This document shows positions 40,403 to 50,035 of a stretch of 64,000 nucleotides of DNA, piece by piece. The translations under genes were made by a program, and so were the position numbers. Numbering within the stretch: position 1 is the first letter of the stretch; every line of letters starts with the position of its first letter. Under the pieces are notes generated by a model. It was not told the origin of the DNA and did no database searches. It worked only from the letters and a program-made list of their open reading frames with translations. This DNA comes from Desulfatiglandales bacterium (GTDB lineage: Bacteria; Desulfobacterota; DSM-4660; Desulfatiglandales; HGW-15). The stretch lies in contig CAXXJJ010000001.1 in the NCBI GenBank assembly GCA_963667015.2, forward strand, positions 2,464,001 through 2,528,000, given 5' to 3'.

Positions 40403-42767
40403 ACCATCTAAAAGGTTTTTTGGTACTGACATAACCAGGGGAACGGTACTGATTTTATTAAGCCTCATAATCAGTGTTTTCCTGCATCCCGGCATATTGA
40501 AGAAACCAAAGGTCTATAAAATAAATGATATTGCCGAGGCTGATATCAAGGCTCCTGAGGACATTCTTGTCCGGAATGATGAAACAACAGAAAAGGAAAA
40601 GGATAAGGCTTACCAGAGTGTTCCCTATGTGTATGACTTTGATCCCTCTGCCACCAATCTTACATTGAGATTAAGGGAAGCAATGGCCGAAACAAGAAGG
40701 CTGATTATAATTCAGACAATAGACCCTCTTGCTCCCATACCGATCGAAGAAATACAGGCTGATACTGCCGATATTAAAAAGACAACAGCTGAAGGCTTTT
40801 TCAGGAGTCTGGATCTTCCCCTTGATAATGAACTCTTTGAAAGGATAGTCGCAAGCGGATGTCCTAATAACCTGGAGACCAGTATAGTCAAGCTGGTAAC
40901 AGATGTCTTCAGAAAAGGTGTTGTAGGTAATTATTCGGTTTTAATGAGTCAGGCTACTAAGGGGATTGTGCTCCAGAGTATTCTGAATCAGGAACAGGAG
41001 ATGGTAACTGATCTTTCGAGGTTTTACGATGTTAATGGTGCAGTAAAACGGATTGAAGAGCGTGAAAATGAACTGTTAAAGGATGGTGTGCCCCAGGAAA
41101 TAGCTGAACTCGCAGTTAAGCTTGCCACATCCCTTGTTAAACCGAATGTGACATTCAACCAGAGAGAAACAGAGGAGAGAAGAGATAAGGCGCGGCAGGC
41201 AGTAAAAGAATCCTTTTACCAGGTGAAACGGGGTGAAATGATAGTAAGAGAGGGTGAAAGGATTGAACCCGATGATCTCTTAAAGCTGACAGCCGTTAAT
41301 CTCGCACTGGAAAACAGGAATATTCTTGGCCGCATACCTGGTATGTCCCTTTTAATGGGCATTCTTTTTATAGTGATCTACATTACCGGGTTTATGAAAT
41401 TCAAACCCGTAGGTAAGGATGACAAACATCTCATTTTCAGTTCCCTGACCCTGTTAACAGTCTTTTTATTTACATGGGCATTCAATTTTATTGCAGAGGA
41501 AGTCGCAAGGGGGTTTCACGATGTTACCGCAAGGGCATTATTATTTGCGCTTCCTGTTACATTCGGTGCAATCCTGATAACCGTGTTTCAGGGCATGAAT
41601 ATGGCGATGGTCTTTTCACTGCTGGTTTCAATTTTTGCCGCATTTGTCATTGACGGGAATGTTGAGTTCCTGATCTATTTTTTTACAGGAAGTATCTTTG
41701 CCTCATACCTGGTTCGCGAATACAGGGAGAGAGGCATACTGATAAAGATCGGTTTGAAGGTCGGTCTGCTTAACATACTTACCTGTCTTGCAATAGAATC
41801 CATATACGGTTCGCTATTTACCTTTGATGCAGTGGTTGCAATTATTGCCGGGTTTCTGGGCGGTATCCTGGCAGGGGTGATCTCAACCGGAATTATTCCG
41901 CTTGTTGAAATGGCCTTTGGTTTTACAACCGATATCAAACTGCTCGAACTTGCCAATCTTGATCAGCCTCTCTTACGGGATCTTATGGTGCAGGCCCCCG
42001 GGACATATCATCACAGTGTTATAGTAAGCAATATGGTTGAGGCAACGGCCAAGGCAATTAACGCCAACCCTCTCCTGGCCAAGGTGGCGGCATACTATCA
42101 TGATATAGGAAAGATGAAAAAGCCGCTTTATTTTATCGAAAACCAGATGGGAGGAGAAAACAGGCATGAAAAACTTGCTCCATCCATGAGCAGCCTTGTC
42201 CTGATATCTCATGTGAAGGATGGTGTTGAGCTTGCAAAGCAGCATAAGCTGGGCCAGGAAATAATAGATATTATCCAGCAGCACCAGGGAAAGGGGTTAA
42301 TAGCCTATTTCTATCAGAAGGCCAAAGATCAGGCCATGTGCAGCAGTAAAGGTATTGATATTAAGGAGGATGATTTCAGGTATCCGGGTCCGAAGCCACA
42401 GACAAAGGAAGCCGGGCTGGTAATGCTGGCCGATATGATTGAGGCTGCATCCAGGTCGCTTCCCGACCCGACACCCGCTCGAGTCAACGGAATAGTGCAG
42501 AAGATAATCAACAAGGTTTTTTCAGACGGTCAGCTTGATGAGTGTGAGCTTACATTAAAGGACCTTCATGAAATCGCCAAGAGTTTTAACAAGACACTGG
42601 GAGGGATATTCCATCAGAGAGTTGAATATCCCGAGTCTGCAACAACCAAAAAGACAAAGAAAGCAGCAAATGGAGATTCAGATAAAATCGGCCAGGAGAA
42701 TACACGGCCTAAAAAACCAGATGATACGTCAGATGATGGAGAAGGCCTTAAAAGACTTGGGCTGTAA
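40392..42767 (+). CDS. 7TM-HD phosphohydrolase (PgpH-like)
   Basis: Extracellular domain, ~7 TMs, APGTYHHS, YHDIGK, FRYPGPKP, LADMIEAASRS. Confidence 0.88.
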   Translation: MANEPSKRFFGTDITRGTVLILLSLIISVFLHPGILKKPKVYKINDIAEADIKAPEDILVRNDETTEKEKDKAYQSVPYVYDFDPSATNLTLRLREAMAETRRLIIIQTIDPLAPIPIEEIQADTADIKKTTAEGFFRSLDLPLDNELFERIVASGCPNNLETSIVKLVTDVFRKGVVGNYSVLMSQATKGIVLQSILNQEQEMVTDLSRFYDVNGAVKRIEERENELLKDGVPQEIAELAVKLATSLVKPNVTFNQRETEERRDKARQAVKESFYQVKRGEMIVREGERIEPDDLLKLTAVNLALENRNILGRIPGMSLLMGILFIVIYITGFMKFKPVGKDDKHLIFSSLTLLTVFLFTWAFNFIAEEVARGFHDVTARALLFALPVTFGAILITVFQGMNMAMVFSLLVSIFAAFVIDGNVEFLIYFFTGSIFASYLVREYRERGILIKIGLKVGLLNILTCLAIESIYGSLFTFDAVVAIIAGFLGGILAGVISTGIIPLVEMAFGFTTDIKLLELANLDQPLLRDLMVQAPGTYHHSVIVSNMVEATAKAINANPLLAKVAAYYHDIGKMKKPLYFIENQMGGENRHEKLAPSMSSLVLISHVKDGVELAKQHKLGQEIIDIIQQHQGKGLIAYFYQKAKDQAMCSSKGIDIKEDDFRYPGPKPQTKEAGLVMLADMIEAASRSLPDPTPARVNGIVQKIINKVFSDGQLDECELTLKDLHEIAKSFNKTLGGIFHQRVEYPESATTKKTKKAANGDSDKIGQENTRPKKPDDTSDDGEGLKRLGL

Positions 42768-43107
42768 CCAGAGTGAGTTGAGTATACTTATTACCGGGGA
42801 CGAGCAGATCCATGAGCTTAACAGGCAATATCTGAACCGGGATAAACCGACCAATGTCCTCTCCTTTCCAATGAGCGGAGACCCGGACGAAATTGAAACA
42901 GGAATGCTGGGAGACATCGTAATCTCGGTTGATACTGCAAAAAGAGAAGCCGTTGAGATGGGTATTTCATATCATCAAAGAATATATGAACTGCTCATAC
43001 ATGGCCTGCTGCACCTGATAGGGTATGATCACGAAAAATCTAAAAAGGATGAAAAAATAATGCAGAAGGAGGAGTCGAGACTCCTTTCACTGCTGATGGA
43101 GGATTAG
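42670..43107 (+). CDS. ybeY: rRNA maturation endoribonuclease YbeY
   Basis: [25 protein letters not shown]. Confidence 0.93.
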   Translation: MEIQIKSARRIHGLKNQMIRQMMEKALKDLGCNQSELSILITGDEQIHELNRQYLNRDKPTNVLSFPMSGDPDEIETGMLGDIVISVDTAKREAVEMGISYHQRIYELLIHGLLHLIGYDHEKSKKDEKIMQKEESRLLSLLMED

Positions 43108-43109
43108 AA

Positions 43110-43830
43110 ATGGCAAGACTTGCAGTTAATGTTGACCATGTCGCAACAATAAGACAGGCAAGGGGAATTGATTTCCCTGATCCGGTTTTTGCAGCCGGCC
43201 TGGCTGAGATGGCAGGGGCGGATTGTATTATCTGCCACCTGAGAGAGGACAGGCGTCATATAAACGACAGGGACCTGAGACTTCTCAGGGAAACAGTTAA
43301 AACCAGGCTGAACATGGAAATGGCGGCCGTGGATGAAATGGTAAATATCGCAGGGAAGGTAAGGCCGGATCTTGTAACCCTTGTCCCTGAAAAAAGGGAG
43401 GAGCTGACCACAGAAGGCGGACTTGATGTGGCGGCAAATCCCGATCATTACCGAAGGGTAGTGGAGAATCTCAGGGAAAAGGACATAATGGTAAGTTTTT
43501 TTATAGACCCTGATCCGGTCCAGATCGAGACTGCCCACAAGGTCGGCGGCGATATTGTCGAGATACACACCGGACATTATTCCGAGGCAAAAAATGAATC
43601 AGAGGCAGAGGAACAGTTTTAAAAGAATTGTAAAGGCAGTTGAGGCATGCAGTGATCTTGATCTCGGTATAAGCGTGGGTCATGGCCTCAACTATACAAA
43701 TATAAAAAGATTCAGCGTGCTGCCACAGATAGATGAATACAGTATCGGACACGTGATTGTCGCAAAGGCTGTTTATGTTGGTTTTGAAAAAGCAGTGCGG
43801 GAGATGATTGATCTGGTTAAGGATTTCTGA
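43110..43830 (+). CDS. pdxJ: Pyridoxine 5'-phosphate synthase, split by one extra T at 43617-43620
   Basis: [27 protein letters not shown] in frame 1; GHGLNY and SIGH in the +1 frame; joined length ~239 aa. Confidence 0.9.
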
Positions 43831-44207
43831 TGATTTATGGAACAGGTGTAGATATTATAAAAATCTCCCGCATAGAGAAGGTAATCAAAAAATGGGGAGA
43901 CAGGTTTATTGACCGTGTCTTTACTCCGGAGGAAAAGGCGTTCTGCCTCAAGAGGATAAAGCCCTATCCTGCCTTTGCACTCCGTTTTGCCGCAAAGGAG
44001 GCCTTTTCAAAGGCCCTTGGTACAGGGATGAAAAATGGCGTATTCTGGAGGGATATAGAGGTCTTTCACTTTAAAAGTGGAAAACCCGGTCTCAATATAT
44101 ATGGAACCGCTCTCTCCCTTTGTGAAAAGGAAGAGATAAAATCTTTTCATGTAAGCCTTTCCGATGAAGATGAATATGGCATAGCAATGGTTATCCTGGA
44201 GAAATAA
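43830..44207 (+). CDS. acpS: Holo-ACP synthase
   Basis: GTGVDII, RFAAKEAFSKALGTG. Confidence 0.95.
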   Translation: MIYGTGVDIIKISRIEKVIKKWGDRFIDRVFTPEEKAFCLKRIKPYPAFALRFAAKEAFSKALGTGMKNGVFWRDIEVFHFKSGKPGLNIYGTALSLCEKEEIKSFHVSLSDEDEYGIAMVILEK

Positions 44208-44209
44208 AC

Positions 44210-45814
44210 ATGAGACTTGTAACTGCTTCCCAGATGCGTGATATGGACAGTATGACTATAAATGAGGCAGGTATCCCGGGTGTGGTCCTCATGGAAAACG
44301 CTGCGAGGAGCGCAGCAAAGGTATTTCTGGAGCATTTTAATCCGATTGATGGCTCTTCTATTGTTATTCTCTGCGGAAAAGGGAATAACGGCGGAGATGG
44401 CTATGTCATGGCCAGGTATCTTCATGAAAAGGGAATGAATGTTACTGTCGGGATAACAGGCGAAAAATCTGCCATTTCAGGCGATGCCCTTGTAAACCTT
44501 AAGATAATAGAAAAACTCGGTCTCAAAATATTCGAAATAACAGATGATGAATCATTGCAGGGATTTAAGGATAACCTGATAAACTGCAGTTATATGGTTG
44601 ATGGATTGCTGGGTACAGGGCTTAACTCACCTGTGCGGGGTTTATATAAAAAAATAATCGACATTGTTAATATGTCCGGCAAACCGGTAATGTCCATAGA
44701 TATCCCGTCAGGCCTCAATGCTGATACTGGTCAGAAAATGGGTACGGCTGTTAAGGCCGATCTGACAGTAACTTTCGGTTTTCCGAAACCGGGACAACTG
44801 GTATACCCCGGGGCAGGACTTGTCGGAAGGCTTATAAATATTGATATAGGTATTCCGGGCACAGTCAGTAGAAGGTTTGAATCCAGCCACAGACTCATCG
44901 AACCGGAAGATTTTATTTCAGATATCTGCAGAGATAAAAGAGACGCGCACAAGGGTTCGAGAGGTCATCTCCTTGTGCTGGCAGGTTCTACAGGAAAGAC
45001 TGGTGCAGCAGCACTTACTGCACTGGGGGCATTGAGGACCGGCGCGGGCCTGGTAACCGTCGGCGTTCCTAAAAGTCTGAATCCTGTTATGGAATGCAAG
45101 CTTACCGAGGCAATGACCGTTCCCCTACCGGAAACGGAAGATGGATCTCTGTCTCTCAATGCCGGAGACGATATCGTCAGGCTGTTATCCGGAAAGACAG
45201 CCCTTGCCATAGGACCAGGGCTTTCTACACATCCCGAAACTGTTGAACTTGTAACCAATATTATCAAAGACTGCGAGCTTCCCATGGTAATCGATGCCGA
45301 TGCACTTAACGCCCTTTCTCTTAGTTCAGGGAGTCTTGAATTGCTGGATGGAAAGAAAATACTTACCCCCCATCCTGGCGAAATGGGAAGGCTTATGGGT
45401 ATGGAGTCCAGGGAAATCCAGGCTGACCGCCTGAAAATCTCCTGTGAATTCGCAAAAAAATATGGGTGTAATCTGGTTTTAAAAGGAGCAAGGACAGTTA
45501 TAGCCGACCCTGCGGGCGTCCTTTATATTAATCCTACCGGGAACCCTGCTCTGGCAACAGGCGGAACAGGAGATGTTCTTACAGGTATTATCTCAGGGCT
45601 CCTGGCAAGAGGGGTATCCGAAGTAAAAGCCGCTGCAGCAGGTGTTTACCTGCAAGGGCTTGCTGCTGATTATATTGCCGAACAAAACGGCGAATCAGGT
45701 CTGATCGCCTCTGATCTTCCTGATGTTATACCGTTTATTATGAATTCTCTTATTTCAGGCGTATACCCGCTCGAAAATGCAAATCTGATTTCTGATCTGA
45801 AACATCCTGTATAA
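44210..45814 (+). CDS. nnr: Bifunctional NAD(P)H-hydrate epimerase/dehydratase
   Basis: GKGNNGGDG, DIPSG, HKGSRG, TPHPGE, ATGGTGDVL. Confidence 0.93.
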   Translation: MRLVTASQMRDMDSMTINEAGIPGVVLMENAARSAAKVFLEHFNPIDGSSIVILCGKGNNGGDGYVMARYLHEKGMNVTVGITGEKSAISGDALVNLKIIEKLGLKIFEITDDESLQGFKDNLINCSYMVDGLLGTGLNSPVRGLYKKIIDIVNMSGKPVMSIDIPSGLNADTGQKMGTAVKADLTVTFGFPKPGQLVYPGAGLVGRLINIDIGIPGTVSRRFESSHRLIEPEDFISDICRDKRDAHKGSRGHLLVLAGSTGKTGAAALTALGALRTGAGLVTVGVPKSLNPVMECKLTEAMTVPLPETEDGSLSLNAGDDIVRLLSGKTALAIGPGLSTHPETVELVTNIIKDCELPMVIDADALNALSLSSGSLELLDGKKILTPHPGEMGRLMGMESREIQADRLKISCEFAKKYGCNLVLKGARTVIADPAGVLYINPTGNPALATGGTGDVLTGIISGLLARGVSEVKAAAAGVYLQGLAADYIAEQNGESGLIASDLPDVIPFIMNSLISGVYPLENANLISDLKHPV

Positions 45815-45843
45815 ATTAATCCTGAAGATTCTTTTTAATTATT

Positions 45844-45952
45844 TTACAACTTGTATGGTATTTCAACAAAAGGATGTTTGCGAGGATTAAAATCTTTGGT
45901 GTTACGGGTACAGAGTTTCAGATTATAATATGTTAAGAAGTCTGTTCAGCAT
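45844..45952 (-). pseudogene. Internally deleted VapC/PIN toxin
   Basis: ATG..MLNRLL overlapping the antitoxin end, joined out of frame to YNLKLCTRNTKDFNPRKHPFVEIPYKL*, a PIN C-terminal signature. Confidence 0.65.
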
Positions 45953-46190
45953 CCTTTTCACTCCATTCCGACCTTATTTTCTTCTGGTATTCCAATCCGT
46001 CACCCTCTTCCCATATCCCTTGAGTCTCGCGGACCATTGTTTTATAAAAATTTTCAGATTCCTTTTCCTTTAATTCTAAAATTCCCCGTGGAATGGTCTC
46101 AGCCATGGAGATGTCATGACTTTTGCTATATGCCTCCAGCCATGATTTGTCTTTATCCGAAATAGTAATAATTGTTCTCTGGCTGCCCAT
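45933..46190 (-). CDS. CopG/RHH antitoxin-like protein
   Basis: RTIITISDKDKSWL..SMAE..; TQGIW..GDGLEYQKKIRSEW. Confidence 0.75.
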   Translation of the reverse strand: MGSQRTIITISDKDKSWLEAYSKSHDISMAETIPRGILELKEKESENFYKTMVRETQGIWEEGDGLEYQKKIRSEWSEKDAEQTS

Positions 46191-46212
46191 GTTTTTCACC
46201 TCTATAAATGTG

Positions 46213-46250
46213 ATATCATATATGATATATCATGTCCTGACATTAGTCAA
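46213..46250 (-). promoter_or_regulatory. Promoter and operator of the TA locus
   Basis: TTGACT-17-TATCAT on the minus strand overlapping the perfect palindrome ATATCATATATGATAT (46213-46228). Confidence 0.6.
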
Positions 46251-46276
46251 TCCAACCGGAAGCATGATAACTAAGA

Positions 46277-46371
46277 GCAGGCTGAAGCGTTTAAGTTTAT
46301 AGATTATTAGTTTTTTGTTTTTCCCTTCGTTTTTCCTGACAGCCCTCAGTCTAAAATGCTTCAGCCTGCCT
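46277..46371. repeat. Dispersed inverted-repeat element, copy 2
   Basis: GCAGGCTGAAGC ... GCTTCAGCCTGC; same ends as 12-83. Confidence 0.6.
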
Positions 46372-46588
46372 TTAGATCAACCTCCGGCTCCAGATCACTG
46401 ATCTCTAGCTTTTCTCTTACATTTTTCACCCATAAAGTCTTAGAAAAGAAGACTATATCGATTGCGGTTTAATGATTTACTGTATTTAATGTCTTTTCGA
46501 GTGATCAGTCTCTGCCTGATTGCTCATTAATATAATTATTCATAAAAAGTATTTTTGTCGTCATTCTTTGGCTTGCCAATAAAATCAG

Positions 46589-47862
46589 TTAACTAACTGC
46601 TCGTTTTAATAATCGTCTTAAAAAATCTAAATAATACTCTGGACCGTGACCACCTGATGATCTGTCGAGAGACTGCTGATACCAACCAATTACAAATAAT
46701 ATTTCATGAACATGAACATTCTTTTTTTCGATCTCTTGGCCGCCTGATGCCAAATAGGAATCTATCAGCCGTTCCAAACCGGATTCAACTTGAAAAGGTT
46801 TTTTAACTCCACGGGTTACAATAGCAAGATCATAAGAAGGGTCTCCCAGGCGTGAATACTCCCAGTCAATTACAAACATTCCATCTTCTAAAGTCTGCAG
46901 AATATTCTGCCCAAGTAAATCACCATGTATCAGCACCGATTTTTGTCTGCCTGGCAAGTTTTCCGAAATCCAGCTAAGTGCGTCCTGAATCTCTGATTCA
47001 TTTAATTTGTTAAAATCATTTATTTTTGAAATCGCATGATCTTCTCTGGTTTTATATTTCTTTAAACTCTCAGGTAAGTTTTGCACAGGAAAAACATGAA
47101 GCTCAGCAGCAATTTTGGCCACTATTTCCCACGGTTTTTTATTTAACGATTTTGCAGTTTTTATTTCGAGTGGAAACCCTCTTATGAAAGAAGTAAATGA
47201 AAAGAGGCTGCCATCTTTCCAGAAAATTCCCATTGGTTTTGGTACTGAAAAACACTCAGTTTTATTATAAATGGATTCCAGAACATACTGTTCTTTAATC
47301 AGTCGTGAGTAGACATCAATATCTGCATATTTAATATAAGGCTTACTGCTAATAAATCATGTTCTTCTTCTCCATCATTAATTATTGTAACATCAGCCCT
47401 GTATACTTCTCTACTTAATCCCTCACCTATTTTAGTAACCCATTCAATTTGATATTTTATCCGATCCTGATAGTATAATGGCAGCATAATATTTAGAGCA
47501 GATCGAGCTATAGCCCAGCCTGCTCCATTCAACACAACATCCAACTTAGCTGGTGAAGACAATTTGTCATTAGTCTGCACACGATCTTTTGGCAACAATA
47601 TCAATGTATCGTCAATCGCTAACCAATCTTCTCCATAAGGTTTTGGTATATTTGTACAGTATTTATTTCTTCGATGTTTCACTTCGATGTATACCTTAAG
47701 GGCGCCAATGGACAACAAAGTATGAAGACCATTGATGCTGTTTAATTCCAATCGGAATGAAAAACCAGCCAGATCTCCTTGAAAGTGGTTAGCCCTTAAA
47801 GGGGAATAAGTCCCCATGAATTTCATACGTTTCGTAGTCGTCGGTGCCTTTTGGGAATACAA
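46589..47862 (-). pseudogene. APH/choline-kinase-like phosphotransferase split by a frameshift near 47335
   Basis: KIGEGLSREVY in the upstream ORF; LIHGDL..NIL, IDWE, GDPSYDLA downstream; the downstream frame is open from KYADIDVYSRL to PKPMGI. Confidence 0.7.
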
Positions 47863-48045
47863 ATGTTAAGGGTTGAAAATGGATTCCCGCATGCGCCTGG
47901 ATATTATCACCATATAAAGGGGGCATCTCCCTCGTCAGTGGAAGTATTCTTCATTTCCATGCAAGAAATCCAGTATCTTTACGCGATAATAAAATCAATA
48001 AAAACAGATATTAATAAAATAAATAAGAAAAGATAAAGAATTATG

Positions 48046-48093
48046 TTGACAAAGATTATACGTGTAATCGATAATGCGATTACGCGCGTAATT
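48046..48093 (+). promoter_or_regulatory. Promoter with two BlaI-type palindromic operators
   Basis: TTGACA at 48046; GATTATACGTGTAATC (48054-48069) and ATTACGCGCGTAAT (48079-48092). Confidence 0.75.
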
Positions 48094-48109
48094 TATATAA
48101 GGAGGAAAA

Positions 48110-48487
48110 ATGAATCAAATACCAACCATCTCGGAGGCAGAACATCAGGTTATGAAAATCATCTGGAAGGATAATCCGATTATGGCTTCCGATATCATCA
48201 ATGTCTTGACGAAGACAACAGACTGGAAACCAAAAACAATTAAAACACTTATAAACCGGCTGTTGAAAAAAGGCGCTATCGGTTTTGAAAAATCCGGTAG
48301 AGAATATAATTACTATCCGCTCATTGAAGAGGCAGATTTTGTAAAGACCGAAAGCCGTATGTTTGTTAAACGGCTTTTCGGTGGCTCAATGAAACCCATG
48401 CTTGTTTCAATGGTGGAAAACGAGGATCTGACCCTGGAAGATATCGATGAACTCAGGAAATATATCATGGAGAAGAAAAAGGGGTAA
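48110..48487 (+). CDS. BlaI/MecI/CopY family repressor
   Basis: ISEAEHQVMKIIW, WKPKTIKTLINRLLKKG, LFGGS. Confidence 0.93.
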   Translation: MNQIPTISEAEHQVMKIIWKDNPIMASDIINVLTKTTDWKPKTIKTLINRLLKKGAIGFEKSGREYNYYPLIEEADFVKTESRMFVKRLFGGSMKPMLVSMVENEDLTLEDIDELRKYIMEKKKG

Positions 48488-48492
48488 CAGCA

Positions 48493-49863
48493 ATGGAAAA
48501 TATATCCTTTGATACAGCAGCAATGCTGGGCTGGCTCTTTGAATCAACACTGCATATCAGCGTATTCATCTGCCTTATACTTGTATTAAAGGCCGTTACA
48601 AGGGGAAGGCTGCCTGCATGGTGGAGCTATGGCCTGTGGATTTTGCTGGTTTTCAGAATGCTTCTGCCATGGGGTATTGAGACACCTCTCAGCATCTTTA
48701 ATTTTTTCCCGGCACCGCCTGGAAATGAGGTCTATATGCCTCTCCTGATGTCACAGGAATTGAATATACCCTTTCTTGAGGATGCATCCTCTGCCGTATC
48801 ACTGGACAGGATATTGCTGACCGTATGGCTCGCAGGGATTTTATTTTTCACCATTACAACCCTGTTTAAAAACCTTGCATTCTGGGCCGCCATCAGAAGA
48901 GTATCCCCTGTAACAGACAGTTCAGTCCTGGATCTGCAGGATGAGTGCAGGGCATTGCTGGGATGCAGGAAGCCAGTGCAGGTAGTGGTTACAGAAAAGG
49001 TAAAGAGCCCCGGGCTTTTTGGGTACCTGAAGCCGAGGCTGTTACTGCCCCCGGATTTTCTTGATACAGTTAAAAAGGATGAACTGCAGTGTGTCTTCTA
49101 CCATGAACTGGGTCACCTGAAAAGTCATGATATAGGCATTTCATGGCTGGTAGCCGTTTTGCAGGTTGTCTACTGGTTTAATCCCTTTGTATGGTATGCA
49201 TTCCATAATATGAGGGTCGACCAGGAGGTTGCCTGCGATGCCTATGTACTGAGCCGCATAAAACAGGTCAAGCCTTCTGACTACGCCAATACTATTGTTG
49301 GACTTCTTGAACGCTTTATTCAAAATCGTCAACTGCCTTCTTTAGCCGGAATCATCGAAAATAAATCCCAAATAAAAAGGAGGATTGCCATGATAATGAA
49401 TTTTAAAAAACATACATATAGAATGACCTTAGTTTCGGTTTTTATACTTTTTACAGTAGGATTTGTCTTTTTTACAGGTGCGAGCGGTTTCTCCAGCGAG
49501 GACCAGGAAAGCACTACAGTCATTGCAGTTAAAACTGCCTACGGGGATGCCAAAAAGCTGAATGAAGTTGATACTCCGCCGCGGATAATTCGTGCTATAC
49601 CGCCAGTTTATCCTTATGAAGCAAAGGAGCAGCAGCTTAATGGCAGGGTTGTCCTGCGATTTATTGTTGATACCGAGGGATGGGCATGTGAGCCCGAGGT
49701 GATCAGTGCTGAACCTGAAGGTATTTTTGATCAGGCTGCACTGGATGCAGTTGCTGAATATCAGTTCACACCGGCTACAAAGGACGGAAAACCGGTTAAC
49801 TGTATTGTCATGATGCCTGTAGTATTTAAAATGTATGAAGATAATGAAGTGATGGAACAGTAA
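48493..49863 (+). CDS. BlaR1-type M56 peptidase fused to a TonB C-terminal domain
   Basis: HELGH, WFNP, EVACD; C-terminal PVYPYEAK..GRVVLRFIVD..FTPATKDGKPV. Confidence 0.88.
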   Translation: MENISFDTAAMLGWLFESTLHISVFICLILVLKAVTRGRLPAWWSYGLWILLVFRMLLPWGIETPLSIFNFFPAPPGNEVYMPLLMSQELNIPFLEDASSAVSLDRILLTVWLAGILFFTITTLFKNLAFWAAIRRVSPVTDSSVLDLQDECRALLGCRKPVQVVVTEKVKSPGLFGYLKPRLLLPPDFLDTVKKDELQCVFYHELGHLKSHDIGISWLVAVLQVVYWFNPFVWYAFHNMRVDQEVACDAYVLSRIKQVKPSDYANTIVGLLERFIQNRQLPSLAGIIENKSQIKRRIAMIMNFKKHTYRMTLVSVFILFTVGFVFFTGASGFSSEDQESTTVIAVKTAYGDAKKLNEVDTPPRIIRAIPPVYPYEAKEQQLNGRVVLRFIVDTEGWACEPEVISAEPEGIFDQAALDAVAEYQFTPATKDGKPVNCIVMMPVVFKMYEDNEVMEQ

Positions 49864-49885
49864 AGGTATATTTTTCTGCTATCAG

Positions 49886-50023
49886 ATCAGCCGAGCAGGT
49901 TGGATTTTAACCCAACCTGCTCAGCTGATAAATTAATGTAGGGGCACGGCGTGCCGTGCCCTTGTATACACACCGATGCATATAGCATTTTACCTTGAGG
50001 GCACAATGCGCTGTGCCCCTACA
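49886..50023. repeat. Hairpin plus inverted pair of GTAG-type REP elements
   Basis: ATCAGCCGAGCAGGTTGG/CCAACCTGCTCAGCTGAT; TGTAGGGGCACGGC.. at 49937 and ..GTGCCCCTACA ending at 50023. Confidence 0.65.
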
Positions 50024-50035
50024 AGTGATTCCTGA

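Noticed and set aside
10616..49863. A coherent antibiotic-resistance island (OXA, fosX, RND, APH-like, BlaI/BlaR)
   Set aside because: The genes are scattered over ~39 kb between housekeeping blocks, mostly broken, with no shared mobile element
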